NCBI RefSeq assembly: GCF_000002075.1
Contig: NW_004797311.1
Span: 1,760,820-1,824,819 of the forward strand
Length of the DNA stretch: 64,000 bases
Source of the DNA: Aplysia californica
Lineage: Eukaryota
Direction of reading: 5' to 3'
The translations under genes and the position numbers were made by a program. Below, in pieces: positions 49,701 to 60,178 of the stretch (position 1 is its first letter; every line of letters starts with the position of its first letter). Below the pieces are notes generated by a model, which was not told where the DNA came from, searched no databases, and worked only from the letters and a program-made list of their open reading frames with translations.

Positions 49701-50703
49701 CCCCGAGGATGTCAAAACATCCTTCATTTAGCAATGGTGATGATGGTATGTAATCCTTAACCTCGCTTGAAGCTAGGACAAAAGTAGTTAGATAGGATTT
49801 AGTTCCATCTTGATCATGTTATTGAGCATCATTGAGGAGTTAAATAATTAGTTGCTGTTTTTAAAGCATATATACCCTGTTTGTCAATCGAATAAAGTTG
49901 TCAGTGTCTTTAAAGCAAGAATATGTGTATTGTTTGAAGTGAGTTTGATTGAGTTTTTACAAAAAATGTCAAACTTAGAATTACTGGAAACTTTGGACTT
50001 TTGTTTTGAGTGGCAAAGTTAATCCGCATTGTGTTAATGCCTCTTTTTCAGGGTTTTGTTTCTTTTCTTTTATAAACTTCCTTTTTTGTGTGTTCTCACA
50101 GATCATCATGACCATGACTTTGAGCTGGATCTTACGCAGATGCCGTCATTTGATGACCTTGACAATACAGATGATGAGTTGGAACTTCCTGCCACCCCAG
50201 AAACCCCTAATTCTCACAGTAGTAGACTGAATTCACTTCAGTTTGCTGCCAAGCATTTCGCGGAGTCAGAGTCAGAGGATGAACACAACCTTTCTCCAGA
50301 TGCAGATTTCTCTCAAGCAGACGTTATGGATGCAAGCAAAAGTATCGCAGCTGCTGCATCTGCTCAAGCCTCTGCTCAGGCCTTAACAGGGGCTCTTGTT
50401 GCCCGGACTATTTCGTCCATGATGGAGACCGCTTTACAAGGTATGGCCACTCTTGGACAAGGCCAGACAGCGTCTTCTTCCAGCATGATCCCCAGAACTG
50501 GTGCAAAAATCACATACACTTGCTCTGAGGAAGGTGAAAGTATTGATTTCCAGAACCCACAGCCGACGATTGCTGAATCTGATGAAGACGATGATGAGAG
50601 TGAGATTGATGCAGCTTCACGGAGGGACCAAATTGCAGAAATTGAGAAAGATTTTGATTTTTTGGATGAGTTGGATCCAGAGTCACAAGATCATGGTGTT
50701 TGA
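36444..50703 (+). CDS. RETREG3: Reticulophagy regulator (FAM134/RETREG family, RETREG3-like), 9 coding exons, 489 aa
   Basis: Exons 36444-36616, 42063-42169, 43330-43360, 44015-44141, 45089-45173, 47259-47384, 47972-48066, 49622-49745 and 50102-50703 total 1470 nt in frame with GT-AG borders. Motifs match FAM134C: [30 protein letters not shown], [11 protein letters not shown], [15 protein letters not shown], and the C-terminal LIR DFDFL. Confidence 0.93.
37155..39460. mobile_element. Cluster of DNA-transposon remnants with palindromic subterminal repeats in RETREG3 intron 1
   Basis: Repeated TTCGGACTCGAGTCCGAA palindromes (37162-37281, 38078-38120); inverted CTATTTCTCCGAACG / CGTTCGGAGAAATAG repeats (38854-39449); MULE-like peptide remnant. 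Confidence 0.6.
40385..40648 (-). mobile_element. tRNA-derived SINE (third family)
   Basis: Minus strand starts GGGTGCGGTGGCAGAGCGGTTAGAG (A box), has a degenerate B box, an AATGGGTACC core and a (CTTTA)n tail. Confidence 0.75.
42063..42169 (+). CDS. RETREG3: RETREG3-like exon 2 ([35 protein letters not shown])
   Basis: Acceptor ttttcctcAG, donor G|GTAAGT; reticulon-homology hairpin. Confidence 0.95.
42505..43038 (+). mobile_element. tRNA-derived SINE with Deu/Nin-like core and Nimb/I-type tail, in RETREG3 intron 2
   Basis: A box TGGCCTAGAGG, B box GGTTCGAATCC; core GCACGTTAAAGATCCC...TAAGAGGAGG; tail GCGCTCATATGAC...GCGCCGTAAAAC plus A-rich end; TSD AGACTAGAA at 42496-42504 and 43039-43047. 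Confidence 0.88.
43330..43360 (+). CDS. RETREG3: RETREG3-like exon 3 ([11 protein letters not shown]), 31-nt small exon
   Basis: Acceptor tttcAG, donor GG|GTGAGT; needed to keep the frame between exons 2 and 4. Confidence 0.9.
44015..44141 (+). CDS. RETREG3: RETREG3-like exon 4 ([22 protein letters not shown]...HPLV)
   Basis: Acceptor cattcgcAG, donor GTAAGC. Confidence 0.94.
45089..45173 (+). CDS. RETREG3: RETREG3-like exon 5 ([28 protein letters not shown])
   Basis: C-rich acceptor, donor A|GTAAGT; hydrophobic hairpin. Confidence 0.92.
45462..45736. mobile_element. MITE with ~30-bp TIRs, Merlin-like ends, inserted in a (TCTG)n tract
   Basis: GGCACTCCTATACAATTGCGGTCCCGTTTG ... CAAACGGGACCGCAATTGTACAGGAGTGCC; flanks TCTGTCTC and TCTGTCTG (7/8 match). 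Confidence 0.85.
46935..47117 (+). mobile_element. Family A short retroposon copy in RETREG3 intron 5
   Basis: Near-identical to the reverse complement of 9994-10179; TSD TTACTCT at 46928-46934 and 47118-47124. Confidence 0.85.
47259..47384 (+). CDS. RETREG3: RETREG3-like exon 6 ([34 protein letters not shown]...)
   Basis: Acceptor ttcctcAG, donor A|GTAAGT. Confidence 0.92.
47570..47826 (+). mobile_element. 5'-degenerate copy of the SINE at 21312-21660
   Basis: Shared colinear blocks (AGTGAAAGATCTTG, GAAGTTGAG, ATAGAGCTTGCT, AATGCTATCTATTA). Confidence 0.8.
47972..48066 (+). CDS. RETREG3: RETREG3-like exon 7 ([10 protein letters not shown]...[10 protein letters not shown])
   Basis: Acceptor gtcctcAG, donor AAG|GTTTGT; phase-consistent. 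Confidence 0.82.
49622..49745 (+). CDS. RETREG3: RETREG3-like exon 8 ([20 protein letters not shown]...)
   Basis: Acceptor tttgtgcAG, donor G|GTATGT; AITDSE motif. Confidence 0.92.
50102..50703 (+). CDS. RETREG3: RETREG3-like last coding exon; acidic disordered tail with LIR motif (DFDFL, 50650-50664)
   Basis: ORF 50056-50703; acceptor ttctcacAG. Confidence 0.93.
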
Positions 50704-51953
50704 ATTTGTATATATTGCATTTGTACATATCAATTTTGATCCTTGTGGTCAAATATTTGGTGTGTAAAGATTTAAGATCTAAAGTTGTCCAGGCTTTTCA
50801 AGTTTATTCTTTTCCTCTCATGTAATGTGTAAGTGTGGATGAGCACACATTTGACTTGTGAATCAGAGCATTTGATATGTGAAACTACTCTGTAATTTTC
50901 TTGAAATCATGCTTTGCTCTTTTTGCATTTTTATTTCTTTTTTTTTTTTGTATGTGATTTATATTTACTCTCAGGTTTTTCAGATTCTGTAGATGGTGTA
51001 CTGTTTGACATAAAAGGAAGGTGTTTGGCTCTCTATTCTTTGAAGGCTACCTTTTCCAGACACCTTGTTGAATGTTAAATGGGGACATGAAGAGTAGGAC
51101 CACAACACTGCATTGCCTAGTAAATATATAAGTTGTGGATTGTGTTCCTGCAGAGATCTTGAAAATTTGAAACAGCATATTCTTCACCTTTTAAAGGATA
51201 AGGTTTTTGAGACATGGTGCTTTGATGAATCCTTCGTTACCTTTGCGATTCTACAGCAAATGGTTGTGAAGCTATTTTGACACCCTCTGTCCATAACACG
51301 TTTTTACCTTTTTATTTATAAAAAATAAACACAGTAACAGTTCATATTAAGTGTGTTTATCAAAATGTCAAGGAGTTAGCCGTACTTAAATGTTCCACAA
51401 TCAAAATGCAAGTAAGGCATTTGTGACCTGATTTGAGGATATAATGGTCATCATGTATACTGGAAGAGCTTGGTTTGAATCTCTTGTTACTGCTGGTTGT
51501 GATTTCACGTATATGACAGTATTTTTACCGTTTGTGAGAAACTTGATTTCTTACAAGTCACTTCTGTCTCAAAATTTCTCAGCTCACAAACATAATGAGT
51601 GCAATCCTGTGAATCATATCTTACGGTAAAAAGCTAAAATACTATATATAAGGAAATCAAAGTTTTGAATTGTGTGTAACCTTTCCTTTAAAGTGAGAGA
51701 GAAAGACAATAGATTTTAGCAGGGTGGTCTTTGGCACTGCTCCTGCTTGTAATGTTGATATACTGTCTCATTAAAGACCTCTTGGAAGACATCATTCTGG
51801 TTATTGCTTGGTCACTGAGGACACTGAGGTACTTCATTTATGTATACATGCAAGCATCTGTTTTTTGTGGATGCGGAAAGTACACATTCAAAAATACATA
51901 TATACTATGGTCTCAGCAGCAGGGCACTCAGTATAAGAACCTGGTCCATTTAA

Positions 51954-52199
51954 CCCTATCCGTACGTCGTGTATTACTATCGTATCCATACAAGGTGGGG
52001 AACTCTGTGCCACCACTTTCCAAAGAGGAAATTTACTCATTAATCCGATCCGTACTCTTTGCATAGCTGTCTGTCAAAATGATTTTTTGAGAAATACCGG
52101 TACTGAAAGTTTCAAAGAGATCTTCGTACTAGAAGTATTCTAAAATGTGACGAATGCAACCCCGGGGGTACAAAATGACGCCAGGGCGTACGGATAGGG
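51954..52199. mobile_element. piggyBac-like MITE
   Basis: TTAA|CCCTATCCGTACG ... CGTACGGATAGGG|TTAA. Confidence 0.88.
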
Positions 52200-55100
52200 T
52201 TAAGACCCTTCTTTTACTCTGTAACAGAATTTCCTCTCTATAATTTTCATACTGTCTGAAAAATAGAAATCTGCAGCCTAAAAACGGGATTTGAGCTCAG
52301 AGCAATAAACTTTCTTAGATGCTGAGCTGGCAGGCTATAACATGATTTTTTTATGGGTACAGTCGATTGCTTCTGATGCGTGGTCAGATTGTCCTATTGT
52401 CTTATGAAGTCTGGTCCTGCACATTCAAGGTCGTTCTTTCCCTTCAGTTACGCAATTTATGACTGGTGCTGTTTTAGCGGTTTCAGTATGCTCTTTCAAG
52501 TCCTAGTGACATTGTTGCATCATTAAAATCCACTCCTAATCCTTAGGTTTACACTTGTACCGAAAACAAGCATACCACTCGCGGACTCAAACACCTATTT
52601 TATTTCTTTTTTTCAAAGCAAACCACACTATCTTCCCTTGGGTGTCAGTATTGCCTACGGGTCATATTTCATTATAGACTAAACAAAGAAAGCCAAAAGC
52701 CAGAAGCTGAGTTGTACCTTTTGAGATCTAAGAACCCGGTTTGCCTAGGTATTCGCTTTTTTCCCCCCTGAAAACCAGGTTTTGAGATAGAGCCTGCTGT
52801 ATAAATATACACATTCAAAGGCTGGACTTCGTAAGTGCAGATGTTTGCACACCCATTCGCACATAAGAGGTGTTCATGTTTGTGTCCTTGCCTTCATTAA
52901 AAAAAAATATTCTTCAAAAAAAGTTTTAAGCCACAAATTGACAGGCAAGAAATGTGGTCAAGCATCACCAGAGTGTTTTTAAGGTAGAAGGAATGGGAAC
53001 AGTAAAACTCCTGATGATTACAAGTGTGAGAATTTGCACTTCTTCTGTCGCACAATATTTCCAAAAGGATAGTATGCTTTGCCTACCTGGCTGCCAAATA
53101 TGGTTTTTGAGCTTTTTTTTAAAAAAATGGTACAAGTTCATGTTTCATGTTGTGTTCAGGTGGTGGTTGATTTGGAGCTTTTCTCAACAGTTGGGCTGAG
53201 CAGGTGTGCTCTTCTTCAACTCGTTAATACAAGAATGTCTTTGATAAGCACCAATTGCTCTAGAGATTTCCACATTTTCGTCAATTTGTGAGAAGACTAT
53301 ATGCTCAGTTTAGCCTGCCCACAGATCAGAGATATGTAAGACCTATGAAATAAGTTCTAATGTGTATGAAAATTGATGCAAGTACCTTTTGCATTTATTG
53401 AAGTAATTTACAGCGTATCAATGTCAGCATATTACTTGCAGCTGAGTATTTTTGCAAGTCTTCTAACTGTAAGACTTATCTCTCGTAGGCTTTTTTGATA
53501 AATTGCAATAATTGTGTTGAAAGTGCCTCTGCAGAGATATGTTAGGAATTTTTTTTTAGGTGTAAAAAAAAAACAAAAAAACCTTAAAAACTGCTCTGCC
53601 TTTGTTAATAAGTTAAGTGTAATACTGTAATTTGAATGTTTAACCTTTTCGACTATACAGGTTTTGCATTTCCAGGTAGCAGTGGTACATCAAAATGTGG
53701 AAAATTTTGCCATTCTATGATGTACCAAAAAAGGGTAAAAGTAAGGGTAGTTTTTGGCCGGGATGTTACTGAGTGGAAGTGGAGAAAATGTATGAACACA
53801 GATGAGGTTATCAGCTCAACTACCAGACATTCCACAAGGAGTTAAAATGTCAGTATACTTTGGCTCAGGATGAAGAAAGGGGATGTAGGTCTACAGGTTA
53901 GGTCTGGTAATGTTCTTACTGGTTCTAAAAAATAATACAAGGCAAATCCCCCCCCCCCCCCCATTGGAACATGTAAAGATGTAAATGTTTTAAAGGTTTT
54001 TCTCTTGTACAGTGTAAAGATTTTGAGTGTGTAATTCTTGAAAGTTTTATGTATAGTTCATGTGACGTTCAATGCAATGTAAATTGTGTTCTCTGAAACT
54101 TCCTTCTGGGTGGATTGACAGTGGTGCTTTGTGGGCACTACTTTTGTACATGTTGTATATGATACTGTTTCAATGTACAGCAAATGTGTCAGCATAATTT
54201 GATGCTTTGATTGCACATGCAGTCTCTCACAGAAAATGTGGCTTATTTTTATTTTTTATTAATTTTTTTTCCCTGAAGTACAACACAAACACTGATTTAC
54301 CCATAATTTCTTTGTAATCAACTGACTAACGCCAATGATAGTACATAACAAGATGGGCCACTTCGCTCTTTGAGCCAATTAAAAAAGTGTCCTCAAAATT
54401 TGGTGGCGCCCTCTTCACAAAAGCGCACTCTTTGCGAACAGAGTTACCCTACTTGAGTTTTTAAAAATCAAAGTGAAACTAGCATGTTTTGGGATAAATT
54501 TCGGAAGAACGCTTTTTTAAAATGGTTACGCTGACAAAAAACCTTTTCCGGAGGAAAGGGTGATGGTTTTCTTCGTTTAATTTGACTTTAGAATGAAAGG
54601 CGAGAGGTCATTAAAATAAAAAAACAACCTAAAACTACGCACTGAACGTACCCGAACTGCTGATGAACAGCAGTCGATCTGCGCACGCAAGGAGGTGCTA
54701 TTCCTATTCTTCTTCTGGAAAAACGAAAGAGAGCTTCAAAACAGACTGCAGCGCCATCTGAAGCAAAGAGCATACTTCCTGCGGACACTTTTTTGGCTGA
54801 GTGAACCATCTTGTTATGTACTATCATTGCTAACGCTGTTGCAGATGAAAAATGCACTCTGTAAATCTCTGAAAATAAAAGTTTGATGTACTGCTGCCAA
54901 CCTTTTTTTTCAGGCAAGTTCATCAAAATTTGTGGTCCTTGAAAAATGGAAGATTAATATGTGTTCACAGATTCAGTTTAAATTGCAGTCTTTTGTATTG
55001 CCACACTCTTCTGCAATACGAGAGTACCAAATTATTTATGTTTTATATATTTTGTTAGAATTTTCAGTACCAGTTATAAATTTTATTTTTGTTTTTGACT

Positions 55101-57213
55101 GTCAGAGTCTGTTCATTCATGTGGAAAAAAATGCCTTTCTAATCTATGTTAACAATTTAATTGAAAAGAATCCCAAGCTGAAGGGCATATATCTCTCTGA
55201 ACAACAAACATAATATTATTCATGGTCGAAGTGGACATGGTCTTCTTGAATTAAGGTTCTTGATGCTATATATATATATGTATTGTATTTTAATTGCTTT
55301 GCTTGTGAAAAGCAAAAGTTTGTTTGATGAGAGCGTTGTTATGAACCCATATTTGCAACTACAGGAAAATTAGTTATGAAAAGCTTAAATTTATCTTTGG
55401 GTTCTGCTTGTGAAATCCAGTAATTTAAAGCAAATGATTCTGTTCAGAGAGCTTAGTATGTACCTAACACCATTCTGGCATTACTTCAGGGGAAAAATAA
55501 AAGTGTTTTATCTGTTACTGAGAAGCAAGCGTAACTCTGTTCACATTATAAGTAGTTATTTGTTCAGAAAGGAAATGTTTAATTTTGGTATTGAAACTGG
55601 TGTTGTTTTTCTGATGTTTAACCGTGGCAGCATTTCTCTAGATCCTCTTTGTCACTTGAATGACTTATGCAAGAATAACAAAATGGTCCTTTCACATTGT
55701 AGCTGTAGTGTTCTTCCAAAGGATTGCTATTATTTTTAACAAAAAAAATTTAAGTTATTAAGTTTCCAGATTGTCAGTGCATACACCATTAAAAAACTTC
55801 CTTTGTTCATATAGTTTTTAGATTTGAAAAGCTTGAAAAGGGGAAAAGATAATTTCTATCTCAATGAGACTATGATGTATAAATTCCTTGCTCTTGCTAC
55901 CTAGTGCTACCAAGATGTGAATCAGATAATCCATAGTTGATAGAAGCTTCACAGTCAAACATCTAATATCCAATGAAATTTAAAAAAAAAATTAGTTTTA
56001 ATGCCCTAGGTTTTGAAATGATGAAAGTACTATGACTTTAAAATCAGTGCGTCAGAGAATGTAATAATGTGGGATCAGCCAAGGTTTAAATTCTAAGATA
56101 TAGAGTTGCATGCTTTAGAGGGCCAGAAAGAAAGCAGATGTGGAAAATATACAGTATACACCGTGATAAAAAAACTATTTGAGGTCCCCTGTGTTTGAGT
56201 AAGGGGCCTACTTCTGTTTTGTAACTGAAAGACTGCTTGAACTGAACATGTTTTTCCCCACATTGTGAATTATATTGATAGTCAACTTTGATCTCCTCAT
56301 CTTTTCTTTTTGATCCCATGTTTGTGAGTTTATCTCTGGTGACTTTGCAATCATTTTCTTGATATTTTGCACAAAGTGGTCTGAATCTAAAGATTGATAA
56401 GCCCTCTCTTTTCCAGAACTGTTGGCTGTAACTGTAATGAATTAAATATCAGCTGTAGAATTTTCTTTAAACCAGAATGTTTCAGGAATGTTAGACGATA
56501 GATTAATCATGTTGATCTCTTATTTGCATCACTTTCGTCAATTTTTCATGCAGCAGTAAGCGTACCTATTCTTGTTCTAGTCTTCTCCACTTATCCTGGT
56601 CTTAATGTCCTCCTCCCACCTATTCCCCTTCAGGACATTTAGTTTGTGATACATTGTGTTGTATACATAGAATGTGGATGGTCATAAGGTGTACTTGATC
56701 CATTGATAACTACTTCGTCACTGTAAAGATGGTCTTTAAAGGCCCAACGTACAAACATGTTTATTCTATTTCTCTTGATCTGCAGTGACTCTTTATCTCA
56801 TTCTATTCAATGCACACACTACTTGATGATACGTGTCTAATGAAGAACGCCACTTTTGGTGTGGGCGACTCGTACAGTTTGTTAATAATGTTTTGTCTTT
56901 TTCTCACTTCAAGTCATGTATCCATTTTTTGTTTAACTGTTTATAAAAAAAAAGAATGATTCCGGTGGCAAAAGTTGTGAATAAAAGTCAAACTGGCCTT
57001 ATACTTGGCCTGAAGTAGTGTTTTTGTGGGTTCCACAGACCTGGATTGTGGTCAGAATTGTTTTTCTCTTGTTGTATAGAATGATTTAACCCTGTACGGA
57101 CTGAATGGTTAAGGTGTAATATTTTAAGCAAATATGGAAAGATTAATAAGCTCCCAAGGGAACAAGGTTTTCTTTATGTGGTCAATGTTCAGTCTATGAG
57201 ATTAGAATGCTTC

Positions 57214-57614
57214 TACCCCCGGGGCCGTGCTACTAACTGTAGTGTGTTTAGGTCATTCCCAAAGGGGGGTCATTAACATGTTCTTATGCTCAGTAGAATT
57301 GTAAATGGGCTGATTCATCAATGTCATGCTCATAACTGTTGAACTGCATACGCGGAACTGCTGCCTTTTCTTTCCTAATCCTTACTATCGTCATTTTTCC
57401 TCTACTTCTTTTGTATGTTTGTCACTCTCTTGTGACCCGCTGTTTCCGGGGTGCCTAGATAGTCGAAGCAGATTTTGTGCTGTTGAAGCTAGAGAGGTGA
57501 ATAAAGTAAGCCTGATTCCCTGTATGGGCTTCTCTGTTACATCCACCCCTTGGTGCTCATATGACCTTATGCAGTTGCGAGCGCTGTAAAAACTCTACTA
57601 AAACTAAACTAAAC
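57214..57614 (+). mobile_element. Longer (~400 bp) retroposon sharing the family A body and tail
   Basis: TSD TAGAATGCTTC at 57203-57213 and 57615-57625; tail GTGCTCATATGACCTTATGCAGTTGCGAGCGCTGTAAAAACTCTACTAAAACTAAACTAAAC. Confidence 0.8.
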
Positions 57615-58397
57615 TAGAATGCTTCAATTTGTCATACATCTTTGATATCATATTCAAGCTTTAATACTGTATGCACTCACACAAACACACATATATTCGT
57701 GTATTCAAGTCAAATTGTCTGGCGAACTGTCTGTCTTTTTTTGGACAATATTGACCATCATTCATATACCGCTATGTAAAGAAAGAAAATACTGAACACA
57801 TTTCGTATCAAGTACATAGGGAGTACTTTCCTCTACCCAAGTAAATTTTGGAACTTAGAAGCTAAGGTTTGTACTAGGGCATACCAGTGAATAGTGACAC
57901 TTCAAGATTATCCGTGAAATTCCTCTCAGCCTTAGTGTACCGCCTTTATAAGTTTTTATTCTCTGAACCATTTTCATTGTTTGTCTACATTGCTCATGTG
58001 CACGACTATGCTCGCTCTCTACTTTGAATACCCCCAGACTTTCAACTGGTCTCCCATATTGTACAGTGTGTCTTTGTGAAGGTACTTAGTTGAAGAAGCA
58101 ATGTCTAAGTTAGTCTAACTACCATCCATATCATCAGAATGAGAATCTCCCTCTATTTCACTAGCATAAATATCATCGGCAATACTTTCAATAGCTTCTT
58201 CTTCACTTTCCTTTTCTGTAATAAGCTGTTCAACATCTCTCAGCTATTTGGGTTTGATTTTCCATCGTTTACGTCGTTTAAACCAACCGACCTATATTCA
58301 ACTGAGCACTAAAAGGGATTTACTGAGTGATACTCTCTCACACCGTGTTATTTTTTAGAAAGTGGAAGCAACTGCGTTGAAATTTTACTGTTGGTTT

Positions 58398-58579
58398 TAG
58401 TGCCCCTGTCGTTTTATGCAAGAAAAATTCTGAAATTATGCAAACTGAGCCGAAAAATGTGAAATTATGCGATTCTGTTAAACTTTAACAAAGGATGATA
58501 AAGGAAAATAATCGGAAATTATGCAAAAATAATCAAATTTTGCTAAATTATGCGGGGTGCATAAAACCACGGGGACAGT
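58398..58579. mobile_element. Small MITE-like element with internal AAATTATGC repeats
   Basis: Imperfect inverted ends GCCCCTGTCGTTTTATGCA / TGCATAAAACCACGGGGAC. Confidence 0.5.
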
Positions 58580-59460
58580 TTTAGAGAGGTATGACCAGAG
58601 AGTTGGTATCACTTCAAACAGTGAATACCCATGCGGGGGCAGCCGGGGACTGATTGCGAACTCATGGAAAGGAATCCCTGTACATGACGCGAAATGTGTT
58701 AAGAAATGCATTATTCTTATCGTAGATTTAGATTTGGTGGGTTGTTGTTTTTTTCCTTCAAGTTTGATGCTGACAAATGGAATTTTTTTTTTTTTCATTT
58801 TAATTGGTAATAATTTGTTGGTTAAAACTGTGTCATTTGTACACTGACTGGCTAAAAAAAGTTGATGCTGTGCTAAACTTAAACACTCTGTGCTGATGGT
58901 GCTGTATAAATTTTGTTCATTAGTCTCTGCCTGTCTGCTAGCATTGTGTTGTCAACCTGGTCTACCCTTGCCTGTGTCGAAGTCAGAAGAAACTCAATTT
59001 TTTTCTGCACAAAATCACTTATTTGGTCGCATGTAGAAATTATGGTAATTTCTTACCATGGAAAGTTTATATTTTGACCATCTGATAATATTGTCTTTAC
59101 TTTTGTTGGAAATTCAATAGTGTGTACCAACCTCTGGAGTCGCCCACAACCATGACAGGTTTTTTTTTACTTTCCCTAATGCCTTGCCAGTTGCCATGCA
59201 TATGTCCTTTGTTTTGATGAATATACTTTTGTGCCTGGCTCATCCGTATTCTGCTGCCAACTCAACAACTCTCAGTTTGAAAGTGGATGAAGCTTCTTGC
59301 ATCGGTTCTTTATTTCCTCTGCAATGCTGTATCATTCAATCATATTTAATGAAAAGTTCTCTTAGCTTATTACACTCATGTGCACACACACTTGAGCTAG
59401 ATACTTGTATCGCTAACTCTTTTTGTGCACTGAAAGAGATAAACACTGTTTTTCTATTAA

Positions 59461-60178
59461 GGCCACACACGTGTTTTTTTGGTCCAGACAGTTTTTTTCT
59501 TTTAAAAAACTTCCCTTGAAAATTCTGTGCTAAATCGGATGGAAGTACTCCCAAAGCTTTGTTTCAAAGAGATAGCTCTGTACAGTTTGAAACATTGTGA
59601 ACCAATACAATGCTTTAATTTTAAAGCAATTTTGAGGTGTTTTTGCTCCTTTCCTCAAAATGTTAATTTCTTGGCTTAAAAAGCTAAAAACTCAAAAACT
59701 GTTCGAGATAAAGACATGAAATTTGGAGGGCAAGTGCACCGTGTAATTTCAAATAAAATGATGCTAGCTTTTTGAAAATGTATTTTTAATGATTTTTTTA
59801 CTTTTCTATTTTGACTATTTTTGTCATTCGCTAATATGCACATATCTTCTAAAAGTTATAAAATTATTAATATTTACTATTTCAAGAAAAGCTAGAGTCA
59901 TTTTTGTAAGGTTTAGGGTGCAGATAACAAATATGTAATTAGTCCGTAGATAAACTGTAGCAAGGATTGTTTTTGAGTTTTTAGCCTTTGAAAATGGTCC
60001 CTCAGAGAGCCAGATTTCGCTCTAATTTGCCATTTTCAGGTTTATGTGGGCCTAACTGGTAATGAATCCCAAAACTGATTATTTTTAATTCTTGAAAGGA
60101 ATACTTTGAGAAAATGAGAAATAACAATTTAAAAATCACTTTATTGTAGATTTGGGTGTTAAGAAGTAGAGTGTGGCC
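59461..60178. mobile_element. Kolobok-like non-autonomous element
   Basis: TTAA|GGCCACAC ... GTGTGGCC|TTAA (TTAA TSD, purine-purine ends). Confidence 0.75.
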
